A stretch of DNA of 64,000 bases from Gnetum montanum (lineage: Eukaryota > Plantae > Gnetophyta), in the NCBI GenBank assembly GCA_015680685.1, contig MNCI01002706.1, positions 118,712 to 182,711 of the forward strand. The letters are read 5' to 3'. The translations under genes and the position numbers were made by a program. Shown here piece by piece: positions 13,331-26,600 of the stretch. Positions within the stretch are counted from its first letter, which is position 1, and every line of letters starts with the position of its first letter. The notes beneath the pieces were generated by a model that saw nothing but the letters and a program-made list of their open reading frames with translations, had not been told where the DNA came from and did not search any database.

Positions 13331-13519
13331 GATGTAAGTAAGAAATTTCAGTTTCTTATTAATAATAATAACCAATAAGGAAACATATTTAGGTGAAAGT
13401 AAAAGAAAACATTTGATAATTATGTTTTATCCCATCTAGAGAATCAACAAATAAAACATTGGCCACTGCAACATTAAATATTAATCTTTTTAGGAAAATA
13501 AAGGAGAACACCAAAGGGA

Positions 13520-13670
13520 CCATCATTTAGAGTGATGGCAAGGCACTCATTTCTCAAGTCAAATTCCTAGGTTCAAGCCTAAGAACAACCACTCAAAAAG
13601 GTTAAGCTTTCACTCATCTACCAACCCTCTCGATACCTGCTTAGCAAGATGACCACTATGGCTCCTAGAA
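13520..13670 (+). mobile_element. Possible old Au-like SINE
   Basis: B-box GGTTCAAGCC followed by AACAACCACTC..AAGGTTAAGCTT..CCCTCTCGATACCTGC, resembling the Au SINE layout. Very degenerate. Confidence 0.35.
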
Positions 13671-13703
13671 AGACATACATACACAAGTATTGGTGATGTT
13701 TTA

Positions 13704-13908
13704 TTAGAAAATGTAATTTTAATTTTTATCTACAATTCATATTGTACCAAAAAAAAAACAAGGTAAAATGTATTCCAAAGATAATGTTGACCTAATAGTC
13801 AATTAAAAAATGCAACTCATTTAGAAAATCTAATTTTAATTTTTATCTGCAATTTACATTGTGCCAAAAAAAATGTATACCAAAGATAATGTTGACCTAA
13901 TAGTCAAT
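13704..13908. repeat. Near-tandem duplication of about 90-100 bp
   Basis: TTAGAAAAT.TAATTTTAATTTTTATCT...CCAAAGATAATGTTGACCTAATAGTCAAT at 13704 and 13821. Confidence 0.85.
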
Positions 13909-14647
13909 ACTGGATAGTGTTAAACTTTTAGAGTAAGTCAAAGATGAAATTTTGTGAAGCTAAAATATTTTCCTTTTTTAACTGTTCGTACCTCTAAGTA
14001 GTATAGCTAAAACATGATGCTTTGTCAAAACATATGCAGAACATAATGATGTATCAAGTGTGATTTGAATTAGTAACCTCTTGCATGCATATTCCTTATC
14101 AAACAATGAGATAACCACTTAAACCACTTCTCATTGTCAAAAAGTTATCATGACAATTCTACAAAGATTAATAACGTAACATATTTCCTCATTTTACCAT
14201 GCCTATATGGCAAGCAAAACCTTGGGCATTACATGTATTTATCTAATCTATGCTTTTTGCCAAGCCACAAACCATGTTAACAATGCAGAAGTCCTTCAAA
14301 GTTAGTTTGCATATGTTCACGTAACCTTGTTTTATTGATGAACACTCTCTCATTTAGGATCATTTACAAAACAATCCGTTTTATTCAAGCATAGGAATTC
14401 TAAATTTACATTTCTGTAAATCAGGGTGCATTCATTTTCATATGTTTTATCAAATAAGAAAATTCTGTTATTGAACTATCATGCACAAGGGTGTTTCATA
14501 AAGTCAATTAATGCAAAGTTCTGCATCCCTTTCGAACTGAGTCCAATGATTCATTGGAATATTTTGTGTCATTAAAATAACATTCTTTCCGAAGAACATA
14601 TTGATCGTGTTATGAAAAACCATTGCAAATCTACATCAAAACACTGT

Positions 14648-17600
14648 TCAAAATTTTATTAGACCCTGATCTTTCAAACAAGATAGCACTTCTGCAAGAC
14701 CTTCACGTAGAGGTCGAGGCTTGTAACCCAACTCCATCTGTGCTTTATCGCATTTGTAGGCCCATTGGTGCTTGAGAACCCTTATTGTCTGCATTTCATA
14801 CAAATATTATTCGTATTTTATCCAGTGACAAGAATATGACATCAATATATTAACGTAGTAAACCACCATTTTTTGTTTAATTTTTTGCTAGAAAACAAGG
14901 AAAAGAAACATACCGGGTAACTAACAAGAGGAAGCTTTCCGGTGAGCCTAGCCCAAAATACTGAAAGCCAGCCATATATCTCAAGAACCCAGAGAGGGAT
15001 ATGAAAAGATGGGGAGGAAGTTGCAGTCAAAGTAGCTGCAAGATCAAAAATGGTAACAAATGAAGCATTTTCTCCAGTGAGAAGATACCTTTCACCAACT
15101 TGGCCAATTGTTATTGCAGCAACATGAGCAGATGCAACATCATCAACATGAGAAAAGGACATCTTGTCATGTCCATAGCCCATGTAGCTAGGCAGGCGAC
15201 CATTAAAACGTTCAATCAGCTGCATTGTGTTTCAAAATAAAAAATCAGCACTCTTGGGCAATAACGTTCCAATTTTGTCACATAAAGGAAGGAGGGCAGT
15301 TGAGATCATCCAACTGACAGATCACTCATCAAATTACCAAACATGCAATGCAGGAACGTTTGTGCCTAGTTTGATCCCTGCAACATTCATATAACCTTAT
15401 TACGATTTTATCATAATGTTCTATACATGCATAGTATGTCCTTCATTTCACTTCTGCATAATGCCTGGCTAATTTATTGTATTCACAGTTAGACTTTCCA
15501 GGCAGGCTCACTTGGCTTTTCCTGCTACATCAACGCATGGATCACTGCATTAGCGTTTTCTGCACCCGTTGTAGCCTTTTTTTTATTTTCCTTTAACAGT
15601 GTAGTTAGACAAATAATTATAAATCAAGTTAGACAAATAATTATAAATCAAACACATAGAAAATCAGACAGTGTAGTTAGACAAATAATTCCAAATCAAA
15701 CACAATAGAAAATCAGAGAGAGTCAGTATGGAACGAGTAACTAAAAAAATCATGATAAGAGTTCTATTTATTTCAAAATGGAAGTTTGATCATTTTCACC
15801 TCTGGTTTTGTGGTAGCATTTATCTATGCTTTTTTATTTTTCACAACAAAACAGAATCTAAGAACCAGAAAAAAAAGAGTCTTAGGGGCCCTGTGTCGCC
15901 GGTGGGGAGGGGCCCTTAGGGGTGAGTCGGCAAACGATGGCAGGTGCAATGCAGACGTTCAAGCTCATGGAGCAGGTCCAAGGTGTTGCGATGCTCCTCG
16001 ATGTCCATGAAGTTTGCCGCCTGTTGGATACCCTGCATAGCGGACTCCCGCCTGCTCCGGTCCGTCGGTGAATCCTCCGCATCCGGATGGAAACGTGCCA
16101 AGGTTCGCCGGCTATGTCTGTGGAGCTCCCCCAGGAGCTCTCACAGCTGATGCCCAAGATGNNNNNNNNNNNNNNNNNNNNNNNNNNNNNNNNNNNNNNN
16201 NNNNNNNNNNNNNNNNNNNNNNNNNNNNNNNNNNNNNNNNNNNNNNNNNNNNNNNNNNNNNNNNNNNNNNAGCACTGTGCTCGTGTGCCCGATCAAGCTA
16301 TCTTTGCCTCTGCTCCTCCTCCTCCTGTAAGCGTTCATGCTCCGCCCTCTCCACCTCCTCTTGAGCTCTACAAGCCACATCCTCCTGCCTCAACTCCTCC
16401 CGCACCTGGGCCCGGATCTTGTCAATGAGCCAGACCCAAGCAACCTCTACCATTAGCTCATGTTGTCTCATCTGCTCCTGTTTCCGCTCGTGGAACTGGG
16501 CTTCCAGGTCAGCCTGAGATTGGGCAAGGGCCTCGTTCCACTTGGCCTCCCACTCCCGCCGCGCCGCCTCCCGCGCAGCGGTTGCGGCTTGCTGTTCGGC
16601 CTATTGCAGCTCTTCAACCCAGTTTGAGCGGTCGTTGGGGGGGTCTGGCAAGGGGGAAGCCATCCTGATAAGACTACAAGCTTGTACTTAAAATACGCTA
16701 CAGTCTTACTTTAACTTACCATTAGGTCATGCATAGGATTGCAACCCTGATGCTTTAATGTATTTCATACTTGTAAAAAGTGTTGAGTGCAATTTAGCTT
16801 ACGACATGCATTCATAAAATAAAAGCAAATAAATATAACAAAAAATATCTCTAATCCATAATACTCGTGCACTTTTCTGAATAACACCACCCTTTACCAT
16901 GGTAATTTGAAAACACATATCTGGATTCCCAAATTTTGTGATACATTGATTGCATGTAATTTATTAGTTTAGTAATAGTAATTCATGAAACAAATAAATA
17001 AAGAAAAACAAAACAGCTGCATAACTGGTATACGCACATGTAATGAATATTAGAGGAACTTGACAAATAAATGCTGAAAAGTGCCATTCATATCTAGTCT
17101 ACATTGCAGAGTGAATTACCAGTTTTGCAACAATATTTCCTGTTGTAAGTTTTCCAGCTCCATATATCACCCCTGGATAAAGCATAACAATTGGGAAGCC
17201 ATCAACAGCTGCTTGGCAAGCAATCTCATCTGCCAAAGCTTTGGATTTTTCATATTCAGTGCAAAAGAATTTTTTTTGATGGATCTGTCAAATAGCAAAA
17301 GTAGAAGTTACTGATATTTGCTTGGTTCTCAAATTCTAACACCAAGTAAGCATCCATTCTTGCTGAAATATACTGTCAAGCATATAAAGAATAGGATATC
17401 TAGAGAATTTGGTTTTGGAGCAGAAAATATGAATCATAAATTTTCAAAAAAAGGACAAATACAGAACAGTTTTGAATTGTATTTTCAGAAAAACAACAAT
17501 CAACAGTTGCTTATCATTTACGAGCAAACATCTGTTTTTAAACATTCCATGAAAGTCACTCTGGCTATAGATGGTTTGTAATTTTATCTACTCTGAGCCA

Positions 17601-20600
17601 ATGAGCAAAGAATGAATTCAGATAGTTGCTTGAGAGAAGATAGCCAAATCTCATCAAGTAGGAAAACAGAGCATCTATAATACTTCGAATACAACGATAT
17701 TAGTTTGCTCCCTTTCGATCTTCCAGAGATTAAAAAAAAATTCAAATGTCTTAAAATGTGAAATTTCTAATACTAGAGAAATGCTATTTCAAATATTATC
17801 TCCACATGTAATGAATGCTAAGAACTAACTTCATGACTAAATTGTATCAGGGAAATCAGTCTTGACAATGACGTCACAATATGTTCATTGATGGACACTG
17901 AAGCATTGGCATTTACTGTTTATGGAACTTTACGGTTTCTTAATCTAGCATATAATTATGGTCAGTAATCTTGTCGTTATGAGGGACTAAAATTCTTGCT
18001 CTCCATTAGTCATATTAGTCGTCTTTGTTGTATGTTTTGGAAACTTGGATTTAATTTCTTTGGAAATTGCTTTTGTGTGAAAGCATTGGAACTTTTCATT
18101 TCATGAGAAAATTAGCACTCTCTATGTCAGGAAATTAGGGTATAGGTATTATGATGTAAAAACTAGAATTTTAATTTTCTTGATTGGAGACTTTAAAATT
18201 AAAGAAATCAAATTTGTTTTACTGATGTAGATATACATAATTTTTTTATTTATTTGGTTAAAAGAAATTCAAAATTTCTGTTGCAAGGTAGAAAGAAGAA
18301 TAGCTAGCCAGTTATTTATCTAATTGTCCATGTTTACTAGAAATATTGAAAATCAGTTTTTAAGATGAGTTAAAACTTGATTTACTATGATAGATTCTAA
18401 GCAGTGGTTGATGTGTCTCTTTTGAGAGAAATTTAAGATTTCTGTGTTGCTGTTACAGGGTAAAAGCATAATAGCAAGTTAGTTATTTGCCTCAATTGTC
18501 TATGTTGTTCTCTCTGCTGGGGAATTAGCATTTGATTTGATCGAAATCCTGTGTTTTATGAAAATTGGTCATGACATATTACTATATGCTTTATGTGTCT
18601 GTGTGTACATGTGATTGCATAGTGTATGTGTGTGTTTGTGTGAGCTTGATAGTTTTAATTTTGTGACTGTCATGGACAAAGCCATTGCTTGGATGTTTGA
18701 ATGCTTCTTGTTTTAATAATTTTTATGTATTTTTAGAGGTGCTTTCCCTTTCTGTTCTTTTACTTTAGAATTTAGCACATAAGTACGAGCGATGTAAGTT
18801 GCTTGTATGAACGTTAGGGAGCGTTTGGTTGGGTGAATCTATGGATGTTGAATCTTAAGATTTCACTATTTGAATTAGAAAGAAGGTTTGATTTTGCTAA
18901 AGTAAATCCGTAGATGTAGCTGTGATCTGCCAGATTCACTTTTTCTTTTGATTTTTCAATCTGGAAAGATTTCACCTCATAAGGTATAATCTCTTCAGAT
19001 GCAAGAATCCCAAGATTCAACATCTACATAGATACAAGCACAAGCAGATTTAAGAAACCAAACAAACCCCTAGGAATTTCTTACGGATGCAAATTAAAAG
19101 CTTAAGCTAGTGTTGTATTCAACTTCATATTCTACTTGGTGTCATTTTCTTTGAAACAACATTATGATCTGAAAATGTGATATCTCAAAGAACATATTTG
19201 TAACATTGTTACATAGGAGAATGTAGTTGGATACACTAGTTGACATGATGTTCAAACATATAAACTCTTTAAGAAAACTGGCATGCTCCTCCAAATTTCC
19301 TATCTACCTTGTATGTTGTTTTTATGGAAATCGAGTGTATTTGAAACATCTAAATTAGGAAGTTGTGGTTTTTGATTTATTTTTCTATTATTCATGGTGA
19401 ACTGCTGTATAAAATAGTTAGTTAATTTACATAATTTAAGAGCTTTCTCATAATATAACTTCTATTAAGCACCATCCTTAATGTGTATGTTTTGTTGTGC
19501 ATTTCTCTTTATGTACATTTTTATATGTTTCATGTTAAAGGGTTGTAAGAAGGATTAAAACAATGATATAATTCTGAATATGTGTTTGTATGTTTGTTTG
19601 CTTTCCCTAGGAATGATTCCTCATAAGTGATGACCGAAAATGCCCTATGGTTTTAAGGTTGGATAGTGTCACTTAATTCCACATGCACGTTTGTGTAGTA
19701 TGATGCATTTGTTGGGTATTCCTTTTTTGGGCACGTAGAATTGATCGGTTGCTTCTTTAACGTTGCCCATTTGTAATTAGTTTGACAATAAATGTGTTGT
19801 TAACTTTTTAAAACGGATTGTAGTTTGTCTACTAAGGTTGTGCCAGTTTATTTGCCTAATGGAAGATTAGAAAAATCACGTTGGCATGGTGCAATCGCTA
19901 TTGAATTTCCTTAAGGTAACGTGGTCCATGAGAAGAATAAGTGTCATGCAATCGATGCATTTAACTTCAGCATTATGGAGAGCAGGAAGATCATATCTCA
20001 TCAACTTGTTAAATTCAATTAAGGAAAGAGGTAAGGTAGGTCCTATAATCAACCCACCACTACAATGAGTCAAATTCTTGCTAGTTGCTAGTGTAATTCT
20101 AGCCCATGTTTTGAGAATTTATAAAAAAAAACATTGTATTCAATTTTGAAAGGCTGGTTATAGGGCGTCCTACATAAGCTGTGCTAAGTTGACTTATTAG
20201 CTAGTCTGGCTTGTTGACACCCCTTTAATGCTACCAAACCTGAAGGGTCTCTTCAAGATGCAGAGAATGCTTGATCAGTTAAACTTGTTAGGAAAAAGAA
20301 TAGCCCTTACATTGGTACATGATGTTAGCAAGGCTGTATTAGATGAAAAGTTATTGAACTTGTTAGATCTGACCTTATTAGCTCATGCAACAAGCACAGT
20401 TAGAAGGGAAAGAGGGCTTAATGGCTTAAAAATTAGCAGAACTAAGGCAATATATGGAATGCAATTTTAATAACAGCATAAACAGTGGTGAAATAGAAGT
20501 GATAATTCAAAGCTAAAAAATCTCTCACTACAAACAGTTCCACTACCTAGGATCAATTCTTTAATCAAATGGTAAAATTGATAAAGATATAAGAAATAGA

Positions 20601-23600
20601 ATTGAGGCAAGATGGTCTAAATGGAGACAAGCTAGTGGTGTTTTATATGATAAAAGAATACCAATAAGACTAAAAGGGAAATTTTACAAAACAGCAATCA
20701 GGTTTGCTATCTTATATGGTGTTGATGTTAGGTAGTACAAATGAGGCATGAAAAATAAATCAGTGTGGTAAAAATGCAAATGCTTTGATGGATGTTGAAT
20801 GTTACCAAAAATGATAAACTACATGATACAAACATTAGGGGAAGACTTGGAGTGGGTTTTATTTCAAATAAGCTACAATAATGGCAACTTAGATAATTTG
20901 AACATGTACAAAGAAGATTAGACAATAAGCTTATAAAAAAGCTTGCTACATCAATGTTTTAAGAAAACTTCTAAAAGGAAGACCAAAAAAGACAAGGAAA
21001 AATACAGTTGAAGATGATTTTAAGAAACTGCAAATAAACAAAGATCTAGCTCTTCATAGAGGCAAATGGCAAAAAAGAACTCATATAGTTGACCTCATTT
21101 TGTTGGGACAAGGGTAGGATGATGATGATGATGATAGTTAGAAGGGCAAGAGGGCTTATTGGTTTTGGTATAGAGCCAATATCACAGCGTAACTAGCAAC
21201 ATAAATTATGAATATTCTTGCAGATAGCTCTAAGGTTGAAGAGCACCATCAGGAAGAAATATTACCATACAGCCATACTTTAAGCCCTCTAAAGGTTCTC
21301 AAGATCCTAGACCAATACCAAGAAACAATGTATTGTACCAACAACTATTTGTTTTGAAGAATGAATGACAAGTTTGTACTAAGTGATAATGGTTTGCTAT
21401 GTGGGAGGCTATTGAAACCCAAAATTTTTGTTTGTAGATTAGTTGCTGCAATTGTTGATTTTCCAAGCTCTTTACATAGATCCAAGATTTGAAAACATGT
21501 TAGAAAACATTGCTCTTTCAAAGAGACTTCAATATACTTAGAATCACTGAGTTAGTTGGCTCAAGTTAGAACCCAGCAAATTATGAAGAATAACAAACAA
21601 TCTACTAGTTTACTTTTTCTTCCAAAAAAAACAACCTAATGAAGATGATCAAAGCTACATAACTAACCAAAGGGAAAGAGAAAGGCAAGGAAGATTCAAA
21701 GGGAGATGAAGATTTAATTATCAAAATAGAGATCAAGAAACAAACTCAGAAGAAAATATTAGTCACAATACAAGAGCAAAAGGAAGAGGTTCAGCTAGAG
21801 GAAGAAGCAAATGGAATCAATTTGGAAGACATCTTCATATGAAGTTCTATACAACAGAATTCCTAACCTGAGTCATATAAAAATATCTGGATATCAATCC
21901 TATGTAAAGACCCCAAAACAATTCATTGACAAACTTGAAGACAAAAAAAAACACATCTTTGTTGGTTATGATTCTCACAGTTGATACAGGTGTGATGAGA
22001 CAGTTTGATACAAGTGATTTTTTCAAACAATAAGAGAAATCAGATGCATATCAAAGTTCAAAACCATGGGTTCAAAGAGACCATTATTGCACTCAAATGT
22101 TAGACACACAATTTTTAAAAACAACTACAAGATCTCACAATATTACAAATATGGCATATTCAGCAGTCTCAAATAAACCAACCAATGTCAATGAAGCCAT
22201 GAAATTAAAAACCTTGAAAGAAGCCATGGACAACGAGTACAATGCCATCCTAAGAATTAACACATAGGAATTAGTGGACAAACCAAAAGACAAGAAGGTT
22301 ATTGATTGCAAATGGCTGAATAAAACAAAGTACAATGAGAAAGGAGAAGTCACAGCACATAAAGCAAGACTTCAGGCAAGAGGATTCAAACAAAAGAAAC
22401 ACATTGACTATGAAAAAATCTTTGCACCAATGGCCAGATTTGAAATCATCAAGCTCATTCTCTCCATAGCAACACATAAAGATCTAAAGGTTCACCAAAT
22501 AGATATCAACTCAGCATTTCTAAACAGATACATCAAAGAAGACATAGACATCTACCCACCTGAAGGTTACATTATCAAAGGAAAAGGGAACAAGGTGTGC
22601 AAACTTAACAAAACTCTAATACCACGTGAAGGAACTTGAAGCAGAGAAAAAATTACTTGGTTATCTTGACTTCACAATGAATCAGCTATATTTTTAGAAA
22701 GCTTAAGAATTTCTCTACAATTTGGAAAAAGGAAGTACTACAAAAGATATCCAGAAGCTGAGGTTATGTTATGTTCCTTCCAGCTTATCAAAAATCACAG
22801 TAATTTTGGTAGTGTAACTCTGAAAGATGATAACTCAAAACTACTTGTGTTTATGATGCTAAAATTTTAACTGAACCTTCCTACATATATTAGCTTTCAA
22901 ATAAATCTAAAATCACATAAAATCAGTGTGAGGTGAGGGAGAGATGATCCAATCATTGACCATCATTCATTCTGGTAAAATTTTGGGACTCAAAAAATCT
23001 TCCAAATTTCAGAGCAAATATCTCCCAAATTGTGAGAGATATTGAGATGAAGTTTTAACTGAACACAACCACCTGTTCTAGCTTTCAAATAAATCTAGAA
23101 TCATTGAAAAATATAGCAAAATAACTGAGTATGATTGAAATAGTGAATGCCCCTAATTCTTACGATTCAACTTTCAAAATTGAGTAAATAATGATAAATG
23201 ATGTTGATGAATATTGATAAATTGATAATGAACTAATGAAATTCGTGTTGAAATCGTTTTGATGATTCCTTGATACACAAATTTCCAAAAGATGCCTTGT
23301 ATATGTGTGTGTGAGACAAGTGAGGCAAAGTTTATTAATATGATATAGCCCCAATGTCAAAATAACCCTAAGAGTAACACACACACACTATTAATATGAT
23401 ATAGCCCCAATGTCAAAATAACCCTAAGAGTAACACACACACACACTATTAATATGATATAGCCCTAATGTCAAAATAACCCTAAATGGCCGACTGGCAA
23501 CAAATGGAGCAACAACAGCAACAGCAACAGGAGGAGCAACAGGAGCCGCAGCAGGTGCAGGAACCAGAGCAACCACAAGCTCAACAATAGGAGCAGGTGC

Positions 23601-26600
23601 AGGTCCTCGAACAGCCAGCCAACGGGGGGCAACACCCTCATGGAGAACATGCCTTGGCCGGCGATNCAGCGATGTGGGGGGCCGGTACCTGGAGGCAGCA
23701 TCGAGGCCCACTCCAGGGCTAAGGGCACCCTGCGCCTCCAGGTTACCCAACCCCCTCTCGAGGGGGTCTGCACAATGTAGCAAAGCCTTATCAGCCACTT
23801 TGTCTCACGGGGTGCATGTCCGCGACTGGACCTCATCCGACGTTGGGCCCAGGAGCAGTGGCAGGTGGGGGAAATCGGGGTCCGCAGCCTGTCCACGGAC
23901 CTCCTTTTGTTTATTTTTCCCTCCCATCAGACCAGGGATTCAGTTTTGCTGGGAGGCCCGTGGTTTTACGGAGCGAGGGGTTTGGCTTTGACCCCATGGT
24001 GTCCCGGGGCCCATCGTGAGGCAGACCTGTTTACCAGAGCCCCGATTTGGATGCAGGTTTCCGGGATCCCCTGGGAACTCTGGAATCTGGGTTTCCTGCA
24101 GAAAATCGCAGGATTCTTCGGCAAATTCATCGCCTTTGACCGGGTAACGCAGTCAATGGAACACATGGGCTTCGCCTGTTTCTGCGTTTGGCACGGGTTG
24201 GTGGAGAAGGACCTCATTCAAGAGGTCGTCTTGGAACTCCCCGAGGGGGGCGAGGAAAGAAAAACTCTAGGTTGAGTTTGAAAACTTGGAGGCTACAACA
24301 GGACCCAAACGCAATCCTGAGACCCAGGGAAGCAACACAACCGGTTGCGCGCACTGCGGAAAACCCGGCCATCAAGAAGCGGCCTATCGGGTGCAGGGGT
24401 TGAGGCTGCAAAGACCAAGGGCCCAGGCCAGACAACTGTTTGAGGGAGGCGCATGGGTCNNNNNNNNNNNNNNNNNNNNNNNNNNNNNNNNNNNNNNNNN
24501 NNNNNNNNNNNNNNNNNNNNNNNNNNNNNNNNNNNNNNNNNNNNNNNNNNNNNNNNNNNNNNNNNNNNNNNNNNNNNNNNNNNNNNNNNNNNNNNNNNNN
24601 NNNNNNNNNNNNNNNNNNNNNNNNNNNNNNNNNNNNNNNNNNNNNNNNNNNNNNNNNNNNNNNNNNNNNNNNNNNNNNNNNNNNNNNNNNNNNNNNNNNN
24701 NNNNNNNNNNNNNNNNNNNNNNNNNNNNNNNNNNNNNNNNNNNNNNNNNNNNNNNNNNNNNNNNNNNNNNNNNNNNNNNNNNNNNNNNNNNNNNNNNNNN
24801 NNNNNNNNNNNNNNNNNNNNNNNNNNNNNNNNNNNNNNNNNNNNNNNNNNNNNNNNNNNNNNNNNNNNNNNNNNNNNNNNNNNNNNNNNNNNNNNNNNNN
24901 NNNNNNNNNNNNNNNAGGCGAATGGGTTAATGTGGTGCAGGGGAGCTCCAAACCCTGCAGGCACCAGGGGACAGAAACCACGCCCAAAGAACCTGGATGC
25001 AGCCCGGTGATGCGAAGCGAAGAAGGCCGATCCGGCCGGCCGAACGAGACTCAGGCCAGAGACAAGAAGACCCAACGGAACATCAACATGGGGCTCCAAC
25101 AGACCCTCCGGGAGGTCTACCAACACCGCACCCCTAGTCACACATGAAGTTGTTCAGTTGGAATTGTAGGGGACAGGGTACCCCCTATAAAAGAAATACC
25201 CTACGCAGAATTGTTCGTGATGAAGATTGTGATATTGTTTGTCTCCAGGAGACCAAGCTACAGGCAACGGAGTCGCACTTTCTCCACTGGGAAGGTTGGA
25301 CCACCCACATGCACCCCTGTTTGGGCCGAGCCGGCGGACTCGCTATTTTGGCCCACTACACCATGAATCTCATGGATGCATTGCAGTGGGCCATCACTGT
25401 CCAGCTCCCCTCACAAGGGGTCTGGTTGACTAATTTTTCCGAGGCGCAGAACTGGGAGCAACGATTACACGAGTTGACCCGAGTGGCGCCGCTGATTCCA
25501 AACCATCGATCGTGGATAGTGGTGGGGGACTTCAACCAACGCCTCCACCCTTGGGAGAAATCTGGGGGGCCTACCCTCCCTCCACAGGGGGTGCATGAAT
25601 TCTAGACTTTTCTGGCAACCTTCTCCCTGGTGGACCTACCCATTGAGAACTGTCATTTCACGTGGAGTAATCGGAGGAAAGGCCTGGACCACACCTTTTT
25701 CCGAGGCCGAGAAATCTTGATTACAGAATCTTCAATTGCCAACTGTTTGGGGGCCTAGATCGATGGAGAGGTCATTCTGCCTTCCACCCACGGCCTACAA
25801 GACGCAGAAATGTTCTTTGATGGGCTCGTTCCTGGAACCAAGAGCCGACAAGTACCCAGATCTTCCCTGCCCCGCCTATGGGCCCAGGGCGCAAATCTGG
25901 TGGACAAATTTTTTGTCCAGTCTGGGAACAGTTCCAAGCTACAGGGCCTACACTTCGCTTTTCTGCGTTGTCTCAAGTTGGGTCGCCAGGTCAACCTCCC
26001 CCGCTTTTTTAAGGAGGCCCTTCTGCTCAAGNNNNNNNNNNNNNNNNNNNNNNNNNNNNNNNNNNNNNNNNNNNNNNNNNNNNNNNNNNNNNNNNNNNNN
26101 NNNNNNNNNNNNNNNNNNNNNNNNNNNNNNNNNNNNNNNNNNNNNNNNNNNNNNNNNNNNNNNNNNNNNNNNNNNNNNNNNNNNNNNNNNNNNNNNNNNN
26201 NNNNNNNNNNNNNNNNNNNNNNNNNNNNNNNNNNNNNNNNNNNNNNNNNNNNNNNNNNNNNNNNNNNNNNNNNNNNNNNNNNNNNNNNNNNNNNNNNNNN
26301 NNNNNNNNNNNNNNNNNNNNNNNNNNNNNNNNNNNNNNNNNNNNNNNNNNNNNNNNNNNNNNNNNNNNNNNNNNNNNNNNNNNNNNNNNNNNNNNNNNNN
26401 NNNNNNNNNNNNNNNNNNNNNNNNNNNNGGAACTGGAATGAGGAGCTTCGGCAGGCCACGCAGAGGGCAGTGCACGAGGCTCAGGAGGCGGAGAGAAAGG
26501 AGTGGGAAGCCAAATGGAATGAAGCCCTCACGTAGGCCCAGGCCGACCTAGAAGCCCAATTCTCTGAGCGCGAGCAGGAGCGAGTGAGGCAGTAGGACCT

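Noticed and set aside
16271-16660. Proline-rich extensin-like ORF on the plus strand
   Set aside because: It is the antisense reading of the E/Q/R coiled-coil ORF, which is conserved with the second copy on the other strand.
23333-23485. CRISPR-like or telomeric array
   Set aside because: No unique spacers, eukaryotic context, and only isolated AACCCTAA motifs rather than tandem telomere repeats.
24214-26551. Long ORFs of 175-282 aa in the ORF track
   Set aside because: Lengths are inflated by N runs; only the frames with recognisable domains were kept.
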